Source: a virus
Taxonomy: Duplodnaviria > Caudoviricetes
Reading direction: 5' to 3' (one strand)
Length of the DNA stretch: 52,643 nt
IMG/VR virus record: IMGVR_UViG_3300025137_000058
Coordinates: 1-52,643 of that record
A program made the translations under genes and the position numbers. Shown here piece by piece: positions 30,545 through 38,467 of this stretch. Position 1 is the first letter of the stretch; each line of letters begins with the position of its first letter. A model generated the notes under the pieces. It did not search any database and was not told where the DNA came from. It saw only the letters and a list, made by a program, of their open reading frames with translations.

Positions 30545-31229
30545 TTTCTGTTGTGTGTTGTATGGAGAAAAATATGGCACAGATTATGTGCAAAATCTAT
30601 ATAATATGGTCAAAAGACATTTAACTGTTGAGCATAAATTTTATGCATTTTCTGACAATGTTAGACTAAAAAAATTAGTAAAAGGGGATATTATCGTAAA
30701 AGAGTTTCCTTTATACGATATGCAAGGTTGGTGGAACAAAATGCAGTTGTTTCACCCAGACAATGGTCTATCAGGTTTAAATCTTTACATGGATTTAGAT
30801 GTTGTGATTCTTAAAAATATAGACTGTTTCGCACAATTTTCAAATAAATCTTCATTTAACATTACATCTGACTTCAATGGTAGAAAAATATGGTATAATT
30901 CTAGTCTAATGAAATGGGATAGTGAAACCATGAAACCTATAATATGGGATGAATTTATTAAGAAAAGAAGTCATTATTACAGACTTCAAGGTGACCAAAA
31001 TGCTATTACAGAATTGCTAAGACAGAATAAGAAGTTTCACCATGAGAATGTAGAGACCTTTCCTAATGATTGGACTAACTCATATAAGTGGTTTGATAGA
31101 GTTGACCCTAGATTTAGTAAGAATCTATGGACTTTTGAGCAAAAACCAGACAGTAAAGTAGCAGTTTTTCACGGATATCCTAAACCTCATCAATCTGAAG
31201 AAGAGTGGGTAAAAAACAACTGGAAATAA
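30537..31229 (+). CDS. GT-A-like glycosyltransferase
   Basis: GEKY..YVQNL; GWWNKM; YMDLDVV; NSS; GDQ; FHGYPKP. Confidence 0.75.
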   Translation: MINFCCVLYGEKYGTDYVQNLYNMVKRHLTVEHKFYAFSDNVRLKKLVKGDIIVKEFPLYDMQGWWNKMQLFHPDNGLSGLNLYMDLDVVILKNIDCFAQFSNKSSFNITSDFNGRKIWYNSSLMKWDSETMKPIIWDEFIKKRSHYYRLQGDQNAITELLRQNKKFHHENVETFPNDWTNSYKWFDRVDPRFSKNLWTFEQKPDSKVAVFHGYPKPHQSEEEWVKNNWK

Positions 31230-31233
31230 AGTG

Positions 31234-31302
31234 TTGACATTTACACCCAATCTGCTATTATAATAGTATACTGATTCGTAACAATAACAAAAGGAAAAAA
31301 TT
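31234..31302 (+). promoter_or_regulatory. Early sigma70 promoter cassette 1 with TGATTCG
   Basis: TTGACA-N16-(TGc)TATTAT..AATAGTATACTGATTCG..AAAGGA RBS. Confidence 0.8.
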
Positions 31303-31527
31303 ATGTCTACTATGTATAATAATGATGATATTTACCAATTAATAAATGAAGACGTTGCACTGGACGTTGATAAAGTTAAAGTCGCCACAGACAAGATTGA
31401 TGTTCAAATGTCGATTTTAGTTGATACCTTGAAGAAAATGCAAGTTAAACTGAACATTCTTCAAGAAGATAATTCAATGATGAAATCAAAACTTGATAGC
31501 ATTGAGCAAGATATTTTATTAACCTAA
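31303..31527 (+). CDS. Small early hypothetical
   Basis: 74-aa ORF behind promoter and RBS. Confidence 0.6.
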   Translation: MSTMYNNDDIYQLINEDVALDVDKVKVATDKIDVQMSILVDTLKKMQVKLNILQEDNSMMKSKLDSIEQDILLT

Positions 31528-31540
31528 TTGAGAGGACACT

Positions 31541-31813
31541 ATGGACTATTCAAAACAATTCAATAAACGAAGAACTGAATTCTTTGCTTCACTAATATCA
31601 AGCATTGATTATAAGTCTTTTAAAAGTCAAGAGGACTATGAAAAGACTATAGAGGGTGTGTATATGACTATGTTTAGACACAATCTAAAAGGTCAATATG
31701 TTTATGAAAACCCTAATCCTAACGCAGACAATGATGATGCGTGGTTAGTTGGGGAAACTTATGATGATGATGACAGGAAAAAAACACTTGACATTATACA
31801 CAATAAGGTGTAA
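31541..31813 (+). CDS. Small early hypothetical
   Basis: 90-aa ORF with SD GAGAGGA. Confidence 0.6.
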   Translation: MDYSKQFNKRRTEFFASLISSIDYKSFKSQEDYEKTIEGVYMTMFRHNLKGQYVYENPNPNADNDDAWLVGETYDDDDRKKTLDIIHNKV

Positions 31814-31850
31814 TATAATAGTATACTGATTCGTAACAAAAGGAAATAAT
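31788..31850 (+). promoter_or_regulatory. Early sigma70 promoter cassette 2 with TGATTCG
   Basis: TTGACA-N17-TAATAT..AATAGTATACTGATTCG..AAAGGA. Confidence 0.8.
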
Positions 31851-32078
31851 ATGAAAAATAATAATGTGAGTGCAAGAACTTTAAATGAAAGAGTTTATTT
31901 AAAACAGACTGCTTATAAGATTTACATGGACTGTCAAGCAGTTATGGCAGGTCAATGCAATACAGAGATATCTATATTAGAAGACAAGTTTGGTGAAATT
32001 GCAGAAAAGTTGAATACAAATACCGAATCACTTTGGGAAAAGTGTGAGTGTATACAAGAACAAAATATCAACGTATAG
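31851..32078 (+). CDS. Small early hypothetical
   Basis: 75-aa ORF behind promoter. Confidence 0.6.
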   Translation: MKNNNVSARTLNERVYLKQTAYKIYMDCQAVMAGQCNTEISILEDKFGEIAEKLNTNTESLWEKCECIQEQNINV

Positions 32079-32091
32079 GAGTAATATAAAT

Positions 32092-32313
32092 ATGGGTATG
32101 ATGGATGATGCATGGCGTGAAACTGTAAAGGATAAGAAAAAAGTGAATGATGAAGATAAAATATTTGATGATGTTTACCTTTCAAAGGTGAAAGAAAGAA
32201 TTCGCACATCTGAAGGTGATTTTACTACTGTAGGTAGTACCGATTTGCAAGAAATAAAAGAAATATTAAGACATCTAATAAAAAAACTTGACAAAATATC
32301 AGGAATAAGTTAA
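32092..32313 (+). CDS. Small hypothetical
   Basis: ATG after SD AGGAG; MGMMDDAWRE start. Confidence 0.55.
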   Translation: MGMMDDAWRETVKDKKKVNDEDKIFDDVYLSKVKERIRTSEGDFTTVGSTDLQEIKEILRHLIKKLDKISGIS

Positions 32314-32322
32314 ACTGATTCG
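32288..32322 (+). promoter_or_regulatory. Early sigma70 promoter 3 with TGATTCG
   Basis: TTGACA-N17-TAAACT, overlapping TGATTCG. Confidence 0.7.
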
Positions 32323-32328
32323 TATATT

Positions 32329-32643
32329 ATGAAAAAATTGAATAAAAAACAAAGATTAGACAAAGCACAAAAAGAACATAGAAAGTTTCTATTATCTATG
32401 GGTCTAACTATCAATAGCAGAAACAAAGTTATAATTAAACAAAGATTAGGAACACCGTTTCCTGATTTGTCTACAAAAGAAACATATAAATTAAGCAATA
32501 ACATATCAGGTATTGGTAGAAAGAAATGGTCTCCTAGTGAACCTTATATTCCTGCTGGTAAGACTGTTGGTATAGGGTACAATAAAGGTACATATCAGTT
32601 AGTTGATGGTTCTGATATAATAACAATGGGGAGAAAAGTATGA
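32329..32643 (+). CDS. Basic hypothetical
   Basis: 104-aa ORF with YNKGTYQ motif. Confidence 0.6.
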   Translation: MKKLNKKQRLDKAQKEHRKFLLSMGLTINSRNKVIIKQRLGTPFPDLSTKETYKLSNNISGIGRKKWSPSEPYIPAGKTVGIGYNKGTYQLVDGSDIITMGRKV

Positions 32644-32852
32644 GCGATTTTAAATTAACAGAGTCCGATTTTGATGATTGCTCTACTATAATATGCTTGA
32701 GTGAAAGAGCAAAAGAATTTTGGAATATGAGAGAGTATTCTAAATTTGTGGTTGTAGGTAATTCTGTGAATAACCTATATGTTATTAATAATTATAATAG
32801 AAGGAAAATTTGTAATGAAATTCGTGAAAATGATATGGATTTTACTAACTAG
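32640..32852 (+). CDS. Small hypothetical
   Basis: 70-aa ORF overlapping the previous stop. Confidence 0.5.
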   Translation: MSDFKLTESDFDDCSTIICLSERAKEFWNMREYSKFVVVGNSVNNLYVINNYNRRKICNEIRENDMDFTN

Positions 32853-33288
32853 TTTAGCACTTGTTAATTGTGCTAGTCGTTCCGAGATAGGTGCAGTAGT
32901 GGGTGGTGCATCAGCGACATACAGTTGTGTAGAATTTTTAAGTAATAATCCTTATGTAGCAGGTGCGTGTGCTATAGCAGGTGCATTTGTTGGTGCAAAT
33001 GCTATGTATAATGATGACCAAGATGTACATAATGCACAATTCGTAGACCATTTAAATAATGCAGGTTCTAGAACACACTATACTAACTGGTTCAATCAAA
33101 AAACTGGAAATAGTGGTATAATAAGAACATCTAATACCTATATGGAAGGTCCACTAGTCTGCAAAGATTATGACTCAACAATAGATATATCTCCGACATT
33201 TCCTATGTACGGATATGGTAAATCTGGTAGAAACGTAACACACGGTGTTGTTTGTCAGTTACCTGATGGAAGATGGGTGCATAGATAA
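32815..33288 (+). CDS. 17-kDa surface-antigen-like (RT0821/Lpp0805) lipoprotein
   Basis: Lipobox LALVNC; glycine zipper; WFNQKTGNSG; CKDY; CQLPDGRW. Confidence 0.7.
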   Translation: MKFVKMIWILLTSLALVNCASRSEIGAVVGGASATYSCVEFLSNNPYVAGACAIAGAFVGANAMYNDDQDVHNAQFVDHLNNAGSRTHYTNWFNQKTGNSGIIRTSNTYMEGPLVCKDYDSTIDISPTFPMYGYGKSGRNVTHGVVCQLPDGRWVHR

Positions 33289-33668
33289 TGAATAACTTTT
33301 TTAAAATAATGTTTGTTGCATTTTTTGTTTTAATTGCAATAATATCACTAGTGAGAGATAGTGATGCTGGTGATGATATACTATATCAAAAAATAGTACC
33401 TTCACAACAAAATGTAGACGGACAACATTGTCTTATAAAAACTATTATCAGACAAAAAGGTGATACTATTACTAAAGAAGAAGTATTAGAGTGTGCTGAT
33501 GGTAGAAATAGATTAGATGGTCCTAGTTATTGGGAAATCTTTGCAGAATTTTACTATAGAGATGTATCTGCTCCTGAATATTGTAGATACTATAGTAGAG
33601 GTAGACATGCATTTAAAAGTGCTGGTAAAACTTGTTTAAAAACTAACGGAAGGTGGGAGATAAAATGA
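33288..33668 (+). CDS. Exported Cys-containing hypothetical
   Basis: N-terminal TM; CRYY..CLKTNGRW resembles the previous gene's C-terminus. Confidence 0.55.
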   Translation: MNNFFKIMFVAFFVLIAIISLVRDSDAGDDILYQKIVPSQQNVDGQHCLIKTIIRQKGDTITKEEVLECADGRNRLDGPSYWEIFAEFYYRDVSAPEYCRYYSRGRHAFKSAGKTCLKTNGRWEIK

Positions 33669-33844
33669 TTAAGAATATTATAATAGTAGGATTACTTGCG
33701 TGGGTAATCTATTTAACAGGTCTGTCAAATTTTTTTGATAGCATACGAACCACGGTTGACAAAGTAGAAGAAATAGTCGATAATAAAGATAAAATTATAG
33801 GCGAATTTAATAATGAAAGTGAAAGTGAGGAAGAAAATGAATAA
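33665..33844 (+). CDS. Small membrane protein
   Basis: MIKNIIIVGLLAWVIYL TM segment. Confidence 0.5.
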   Translation: MIKNIIIVGLLAWVIYLTGLSNFFDSIRTTVDKVEEIVDNKDKIIGEFNNESESEEENE

Positions 33845-34460
33845 ATTTATTATGTTAATAAGTTTAATTGTACTAGCAGGTTGTAGCAGTAAAAATTACT
33901 CTATCAAAAGTGAGAGTGGTAAAGTAGTTAACACTGTACCTAGTTGGTTTATGGCAGATATTAAAGAGTCTAAAGCATGTGACTTATCTATGTGGACTAA
34001 GAAAGATAATAGCAAACAATGTATCTATGGTATGGGTACTGCTGTATCACCAAGTTTAGACCTTGCGATAGAGAAAGCAAAGTTAAAAGCAAAAGCAGAT
34101 TTGGCAGACTTAGTTAAAGGTCAAATGAATAAGCAATCAAAAATATTTGCAAAGGAAGTTGGTGCTAGTGTAAAGAATAAGAAAGTAGCAAATGATTTTG
34201 AAACTGTAACAGTCAACGAGATTAAAGCAACTGTAGTAAAAGGTTATGAAATCTTTGAACAAGATGTTACACTGACTGTTAACGGTAACTACAGAGCATG
34301 GGTAGGTCTAAGATTACCTCTTGGTGAGTTTAATAAGTTGTACGAATACAATGCAGAGGAAATATTAAATGCTTACAAAGTACAAGATAAATCTAAAGAA
34401 GCATACTCTAGTCTTATGAAAAAAGACGAAGGTTCAAATGAAAATAGAAATATTCAGTAA
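33837..34460 (+). CDS. LPP20-like lipoprotein
   Basis: Lipobox LAGC; VPSWF; GTAVS..LAIEKA. Confidence 0.7.
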   Translation: MNKFIMLISLIVLAGCSSKNYSIKSESGKVVNTVPSWFMADIKESKACDLSMWTKKDNSKQCIYGMGTAVSPSLDLAIEKAKLKAKADLADLVKGQMNKQSKIFAKEVGASVKNKKVANDFETVTVNEIKATVVKGYEIFEQDVTLTVNGNYRAWVGLRLPLGEFNKLYEYNAEEILNAYKVQDKSKEAYSSLMKKDEGSNENRNIQ

Positions 34461-34710
34461 ACCTAACTGCATCTATTGTGAAAAGTCCAAGACCTTGTTA
34501 AGAGGTCTTGGATTTAAGTACATTGAGAAGAGTATTAATGACTATGAAACAAAACAGCAATTTCTAGAAGCGATTGGTAAGAGAGTTAAAACTGTACCTC
34601 AAATTAAAATAAATAGTAAACTAGTTGGTGGTTATAATCAATTAGTAGAATACTTTGCTGATAAGGGTAAAGTAAATTTTAAAGGAGAGATTATAAATGA
34701 GCAAAGATAA
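34438..34710 (+). CDS. Glutaredoxin
   Basis: CIYC; TVPQI; VGGY. Confidence 0.9.
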   Translation: MKIEIFSKPNCIYCEKSKTLLRGLGFKYIEKSINDYETKQQFLEAIGKRVKTVPQIKINSKLVGGYNQLVEYFADKGKVNFKGEIINEQR

Positions 34711-34867
34711 TATAATACGATTTCCTAAAATTAATTCAAGAGAAGTTAAATTAAAAGATTTAGCAAAAGATATTGAAGTACAGATGATACAAATAAAAGA
34801 ACAAAGGTCATTGATAGATGAAGAAAAAAAATTAATTCTAGAGAGTATACTGAATGACAAAAGATAA
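34697..34867 (+). CDS. Small coiled-coil hypothetical (absent from ORF track)
   Basis: Manual translation MSKDNIIRFPK..ILNDKR* (56 aa); SD AAGGAG. Confidence 0.6.
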   Translation: MSKDNIIRFPKINSREVKLKDLAKDIEVQMIQIKEQRSLIDEEKKLILESILNDKR

Positions 34868-35324
34868 TGTAATACTATTTCCTGGTAAACCTTTTGATAA
34901 GAAAAAAATAATTACAGACAAAAAAGAAGTACAAAAGATATCAAAAGAAATAGAAGAACAACAAACACGAGAGTTTGTGGAAGCATGTGTTGATGATGTT
35001 GCACTACATTTAATTAGATTTTTCTATGATTTAAAAATACAAGTGAACTCTCCACAATTTACAAGAGATTTTGCTATGGTAATTGATACAATCAGAGGTT
35101 TAGTTTATAGAGATTTTGGTACAAAACATCCATCACAAAAATTAGTAGATGAAATAGTATCACTCTTTTCAAGTAAAACCAAAGGACCTAGTGCAAAAAT
35201 AGATTACAAAAGAATTTTAAAGAATGTAAAAGAAAAGAAGAAAGAAGCATTTAGTAAAACATTAAAAAAAGATTTACAAGAAATTGACGAAAATGATGGT
35301 ATAGGATTTGACCCAGATTTTTAG
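34854..35324 (+). CDS. Conserved T4-like hypothetical
   Basis: MTKDNVILFP start; HPSQ motif. Confidence 0.6.
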   Translation: MTKDNVILFPGKPFDKKKIITDKKEVQKISKEIEEQQTREFVEACVDDVALHLIRFFYDLKIQVNSPQFTRDFAMVIDTIRGLVYRDFGTKHPSQKLVDEIVSLFSSKTKGPSAKIDYKRILKNVKEKKKEAFSKTLKKDLQEIDENDGIGFDPDF

Positions 35325-35332
35325 TATAAATA
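35325..35332 (+). promoter_or_regulatory. T4-type late promoter
   Basis: Intergenic TATAAATA. Confidence 0.7.
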
Positions 35333-35356
35333 CCAATATGAATTGAAGGAGAAATT

Positions 35357-35929
35357 ATGGTAGATAACCGATTTAGAGTAGAAAATTTAAACAACCCACC
35401 TGGACAACCAAAGGGTAAAGACAATCCAAACTTAATATCCAGAAAAAGTATGGAATCTTTTGCAAGAACATCAGGTAAAAGTAGTAAAGCAACATATCAC
35501 GAGATATTAAAAAGAATTAACAATGCAAAAGATAAACCAAAGAAGTTGCAAATATTAAGAGATTATGACAGCGAACCATTAAGAATGTTAATGAAGGGTG
35601 CATTTGACACTCGCATTAAATGGGATTTACCACCAGGAACACCTCCATATAAAGCAAATGAGGCGCCTGTTGGTACACAACATACTTGGTTAGCAGATGA
35701 ATCAAGGAAATTATGGCACTTTTTAGTGGGTGGTAATCCTGGTTTATCGAAGACTAGAAAAGAAACAATGTTTATACAAGTTTTAGAAAATTTATCTAAA
35801 GAAGAAGCAACATTATTGATTAATATCAAAGATAATAAATTGAACAAAGCATATAAAGGTCTAACTGCTAATTTAGTAAAAGAAGCATTTGGATGGAATG
35901 ATGAATTTATGAGAAAAGAAAATGTCTAA
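35357..35929 (+). CDS. Conserved T4-like hypothetical
   Basis: WDLPPGTPPY; RKETMFIQVLE; YKGLT..LVKEAF. Confidence 0.7.
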   Translation: MVDNRFRVENLNNPPGQPKGKDNPNLISRKSMESFARTSGKSSKATYHEILKRINNAKDKPKKLQILRDYDSEPLRMLMKGAFDTRIKWDLPPGTPPYKANEAPVGTQHTWLADESRKLWHFLVGGNPGLSKTRKETMFIQVLENLSKEEATLLINIKDNKLNKAYKGLTANLVKEAFGWNDEFMRKENV

Positions 35930-36056
35930 ATTAACACGATATAAACTAGAAGTTCCAGGTGGTTCATATGAACACACAAACCTTACAGTACTATATTTAA
36001 CTGTATTTTTACATAGATTTACACACTTGATAAAAGACGGTAAATGGATGGATTGA
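35922..36056 (+). CDS. Small hypothetical (absent from ORF track)
   Basis: Manual translation MSKLTRYKLEVPGGSY..HRFTHLIKDGKWMD* (44 aa); coupled to both neighbours. Confidence 0.5.
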   Translation: MSKLTRYKLEVPGGSYEHTNLTVLYLTVFLHRFTHLIKDGKWMD

Positions 36057-36331
36057 TGCGACCAGATAAAGATATAATAAGAGATATCAATGATATCATT
36101 AAAAGACAGATACAACCATCAGTAGAAATGCATGGTGGTGTCGTAACTTTAGAGAAATATGAAGATGGTGTAGCAACTATGTTTATGAGTGGTGCTTGTA
36201 GTGGTTGTGCATCATCTGATTATACTCTCCAACAAGGTATTTTACAGTTATTACAACATTATATACCTGAAATCAAAAACATACAAAAAATAGAAGACCC
36301 TAATTCGACTGTAGACCCATATTTTACTTGA
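36056..36331 (+). CDS. NifU-C/NfuA-like Fe-S carrier
   Basis: IQPSVEMHGG; MSGACSGCASS..TLQQGI..IPEI. Confidence 0.9.
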   Translation: MRPDKDIIRDINDIIKRQIQPSVEMHGGVVTLEKYEDGVATMFMSGACSGCASSDYTLQQGILQLLQHYIPEIKNIQKIEDPNSTVDPYFT

Positions 36332-36395
36332 CATTTTCGCCAGTTATGCTATTATAATAGTATACTGATTCGAAATGATAACAAAAGGAAAAAAT
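36328..36395 (+). promoter_or_regulatory. Early sigma70 promoter cassette 4 with TGATTCG
   Basis: TTGACA-N16-(TGc)TATTAT..AATAGTATACTGATTCG..AAAGGA. Confidence 0.8.
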
Positions 36396-36764
36396 ATGAT
36401 AAACAATGATAAAAAATTAGATGTAGCAATAACAAATTTGACGACATATTGTATTCAAGATTATATAAGATGGTCAACAAATAATGGTGTGCAAAAATTA
36501 AGCGATTATTGTAAAAAAGAAGTTGAAAAGGGTCTTGGATTTAAGGTTAAAAAAGGTTCAAAATACATAAAAATTCTTAGAGAACAAGGTTCACAAGAAT
36601 CTGTTTGGGGATTTATAGTTGCTAGTGAAAATGATAAGAAGTTTCAACTTGGTGATATACTTATGGCGGCAGGTTGGAGAGGTCCAGCGAGAAATAAAGC
36701 AAGAGGAAACGTACTTTCCGGTGACTTTAATAGTAGATGGACTGGTCCTAATTATCTTAATTAG
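36396..36764 (+). CDS. Conserved early phage protein
   Basis: GSKYIKI; SVWGFI; GDILMAAGWRGPA..ARGN; WTGPNYL. Confidence 0.7.
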   Translation: MINNDKKLDVAITNLTTYCIQDYIRWSTNNGVQKLSDYCKKEVEKGLGFKVKKGSKYIKILREQGSQESVWGFIVASENDKKFQLGDILMAAGWRGPARNKARGNVLSGDFNSRWTGPNYLN

Positions 36765-36773
36765 GACTTTTTT
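36745..36773 (+). terminator. Intrinsic terminator
   Basis: gtcctaatta-tct-taattaggac followed by T6. Confidence 0.65.
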
Positions 36774-36774
36774 C

Positions 36775-36830
36775 TTGACAATAGTGAAAAAGTTTAGTAT
36801 AATTATAGTATGATTCGAAAGGGAAAAAAT
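36775..36830 (+). promoter_or_regulatory. Early sigma70 promoter 5 with TGATTCG
   Basis: TTGACA-N17-TATAAT..TAGTATGATTCG..AAGGGA. Confidence 0.8.
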
Positions 36831-37040
36831 ATGACACAAACAAATATGACATTCAATGAAAACTTAGGTTTTCAATTCGAAAGATTTATCAGTGATGAGA
36901 TAGTTCTTAATGGTATAAAAGGTATTCCAAATATACTTGAGATGATTAAAGACACTATTGATAACGGTGACACTGAAGATGCTAAAATGTGGGTATCAGA
37001 ACTACAGAATGAACTACTTGAAAACAACGTGAGAGGTTAA
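36831..37040 (+). CDS. Small early hypothetical
   Basis: ATG after RBS within ORF 36810..37040. Confidence 0.55.
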   Translation: MTQTNMTFNENLGFQFERFISDEIVLNGIKGIPNILEMIKDTIDNGDTEDAKMWVSELQNELLENNVRG

Positions 37041-37041
37041 T

Positions 37042-37254
37042 ATGACAAACAGTGAAGTTCTTAAAATGAGAGAAAAACTAGACAACTTGACGGATGCAAT
37101 TGACAATATAGACAATTTTGTGTTTTTGAAAACAAATGAAGATAATGTAAAAGACTCTTGGTCGAGTGTCTGGAATTTTCTAAATAAGTTGAGTAAAAAC
37201 AACTTTACAGACGTTGAGCAGATAAACAAATTTGCAAAAGAGAATGCTGAATGA
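37042..37254 (+). CDS. Small hypothetical
   Basis: 70-aa ORF with SD GAGG. Confidence 0.55.
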   Translation: MTNSEVLKMREKLDNLTDAIDNIDNFVFLKTNEDNVKDSWSSVWNFLNKLSKNNFTDVEQINKFAKENAE

Positions 37255-37526
37255 ATACAGCATCAAAAATATTATTTGTGTTAGGTATATGTTTATTAAG
37301 TTACCTAACAGTGAAAGACACTAATTCAGGAGAGGTAGACGTTACTCAGATTTTAAAAGTTGAACTTCAACGTCTTGCACATAAACAATCATTAGAAATA
37401 ATTGCTATAATGAAAGAATATTTACCTGCTATATTAGACCAAGTTGCACAAGATTTGCGATATGATGCAGACCAGAAATTTAAGTGCAGTCTTTTAGAAG
37501 ATACTGCAATTAAAGACGACTGTTAA
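37251..37526 (+). CDS. Small exported hypothetical
   Basis: N-terminal hydrophobic segment; two C-terminal Cys. Confidence 0.55.
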   Translation: MNTASKILFVLGICLLSYLTVKDTNSGEVDVTQILKVELQRLAHKQSLEIIAIMKEYLPAILDQVAQDLRYDADQKFKCSLLEDTAIKDDC

Positions 37527-37557
37527 ATTTTTATTAATATATTATGAAAGGACCATT

Positions 37558-37818
37558 ATGTCAAAAGAAATAGACACATACCTAAAATCACTAATTAAAG
37601 ATATACCAGATAAACTAGACCGTTTCTACAACTCAAATGAGAAATCTATGGTGTATTATGTGGGTAACTTCGCAGAAGATGTACTAAATAACTTTACAGA
37701 GAAACAATCTGATAAACTATTTAAGAAAGTACGAGGTTACCACGATAATTATATTTTTGTACAACGAAAGTTAAAGCAAGAATTAGACGGGTATGAATAC
37801 ATTGTCGCAAAAAAATAA
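37558..37818 (+). CDS. Small hypothetical
   Basis: 86-aa ORF; FVQRK..YEYI. Confidence 0.55.
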   Translation: MSKEIDTYLKSLIKDIPDKLDRFYNSNEKSMVYYVGNFAEDVLNNFTEKQSDKLFKKVRGYHDNYIFVQRKLKQELDGYEYIVAKK

Positions 37819-38467
37819 AACATCTTGGAAGAATAGATTACTACTGCTATTGCACACTTGCATAGTGGTAGTAGTTGCATATGGTGTAGGTACATTTTTA
37901 CCTAATGAATATGCAGAAAAAAAGATATCTACTAAGATAGAAGATTTTTACACATCATGGGCGTTAAATATAGGATTACACGAACCTAGTTTTGAATATT
38001 CAAATGATGCTACTTTTGTTAGAGCAATGTACAAATGTATTGATTTTGTTAATTTTACAACACCTATAGATAAACGTATACCATATGAAATGATTATTGG
38101 TATGGGAGGTTTAGAAACTGGTTATGGTACAAGTCGGTTTTCAAAAGAAGCAAATAATCTTTTTGGTATCAGAACATACAATGAGAATATACCACACATA
38201 TTAATTGAATCGAAGACAAAATGGTATGGTTGGGGAATTAGAAAGTTTGAAACTAAGTGTCAATCAGTCGAGTATCTAGTGCAGTTACTAAATAGTCATT
38301 ATGCTTACAAAGAGTTTAGAAAAAAAAGACAACAAATGCTTGATAACAAGCAAGACCTGGAAACAGAGGAACTGTTAAGAACTTTAACAGGAGTATTTCA
38401 CACAACACCAGATTACACAGAGAGGGTATTGAAACAAATACCTAGAATAAGGAAACATATGCAATGA
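37793..38467 (+). CDS. GH73 glucosaminidase (Bax-like), membrane anchored
   Basis: LETGYGTSRF..ANNLFGIR; HYAYKEFR; N-terminal TM. Confidence 0.8.
   Translation: MNTLSQKNKTSWKNRLLLLLHTCIVVVVAYGVGTFLPNEYAEKKISTKIEDFYTSWALNIGLHEPSFEYSNDATFVRAMYKCIDFVNFTTPIDKRIPYEMIIGMGGLETGYGTSRFSKEANNLFGIRTYNENIPHILIESKTKWYGWGIRKFETKCQSVEYLVQLLNSHYAYKEFRKKRQQMLDNKQDLETEELLRTLTGVFHTTPDYTERVLKQIPRIRKHMQ

Noticed and set aside
32085-32092. TATAAATA late promoter
   Set aside because: It lies between the SD and the start codon of an early-region gene; probably an AT-rich coincidence.
31234-36830. CRISPR-like array from the repeated GTATACTGATTCG
   Set aside because: Copies are hundreds to thousands of bases apart, separated by genes and embedded in promoters.
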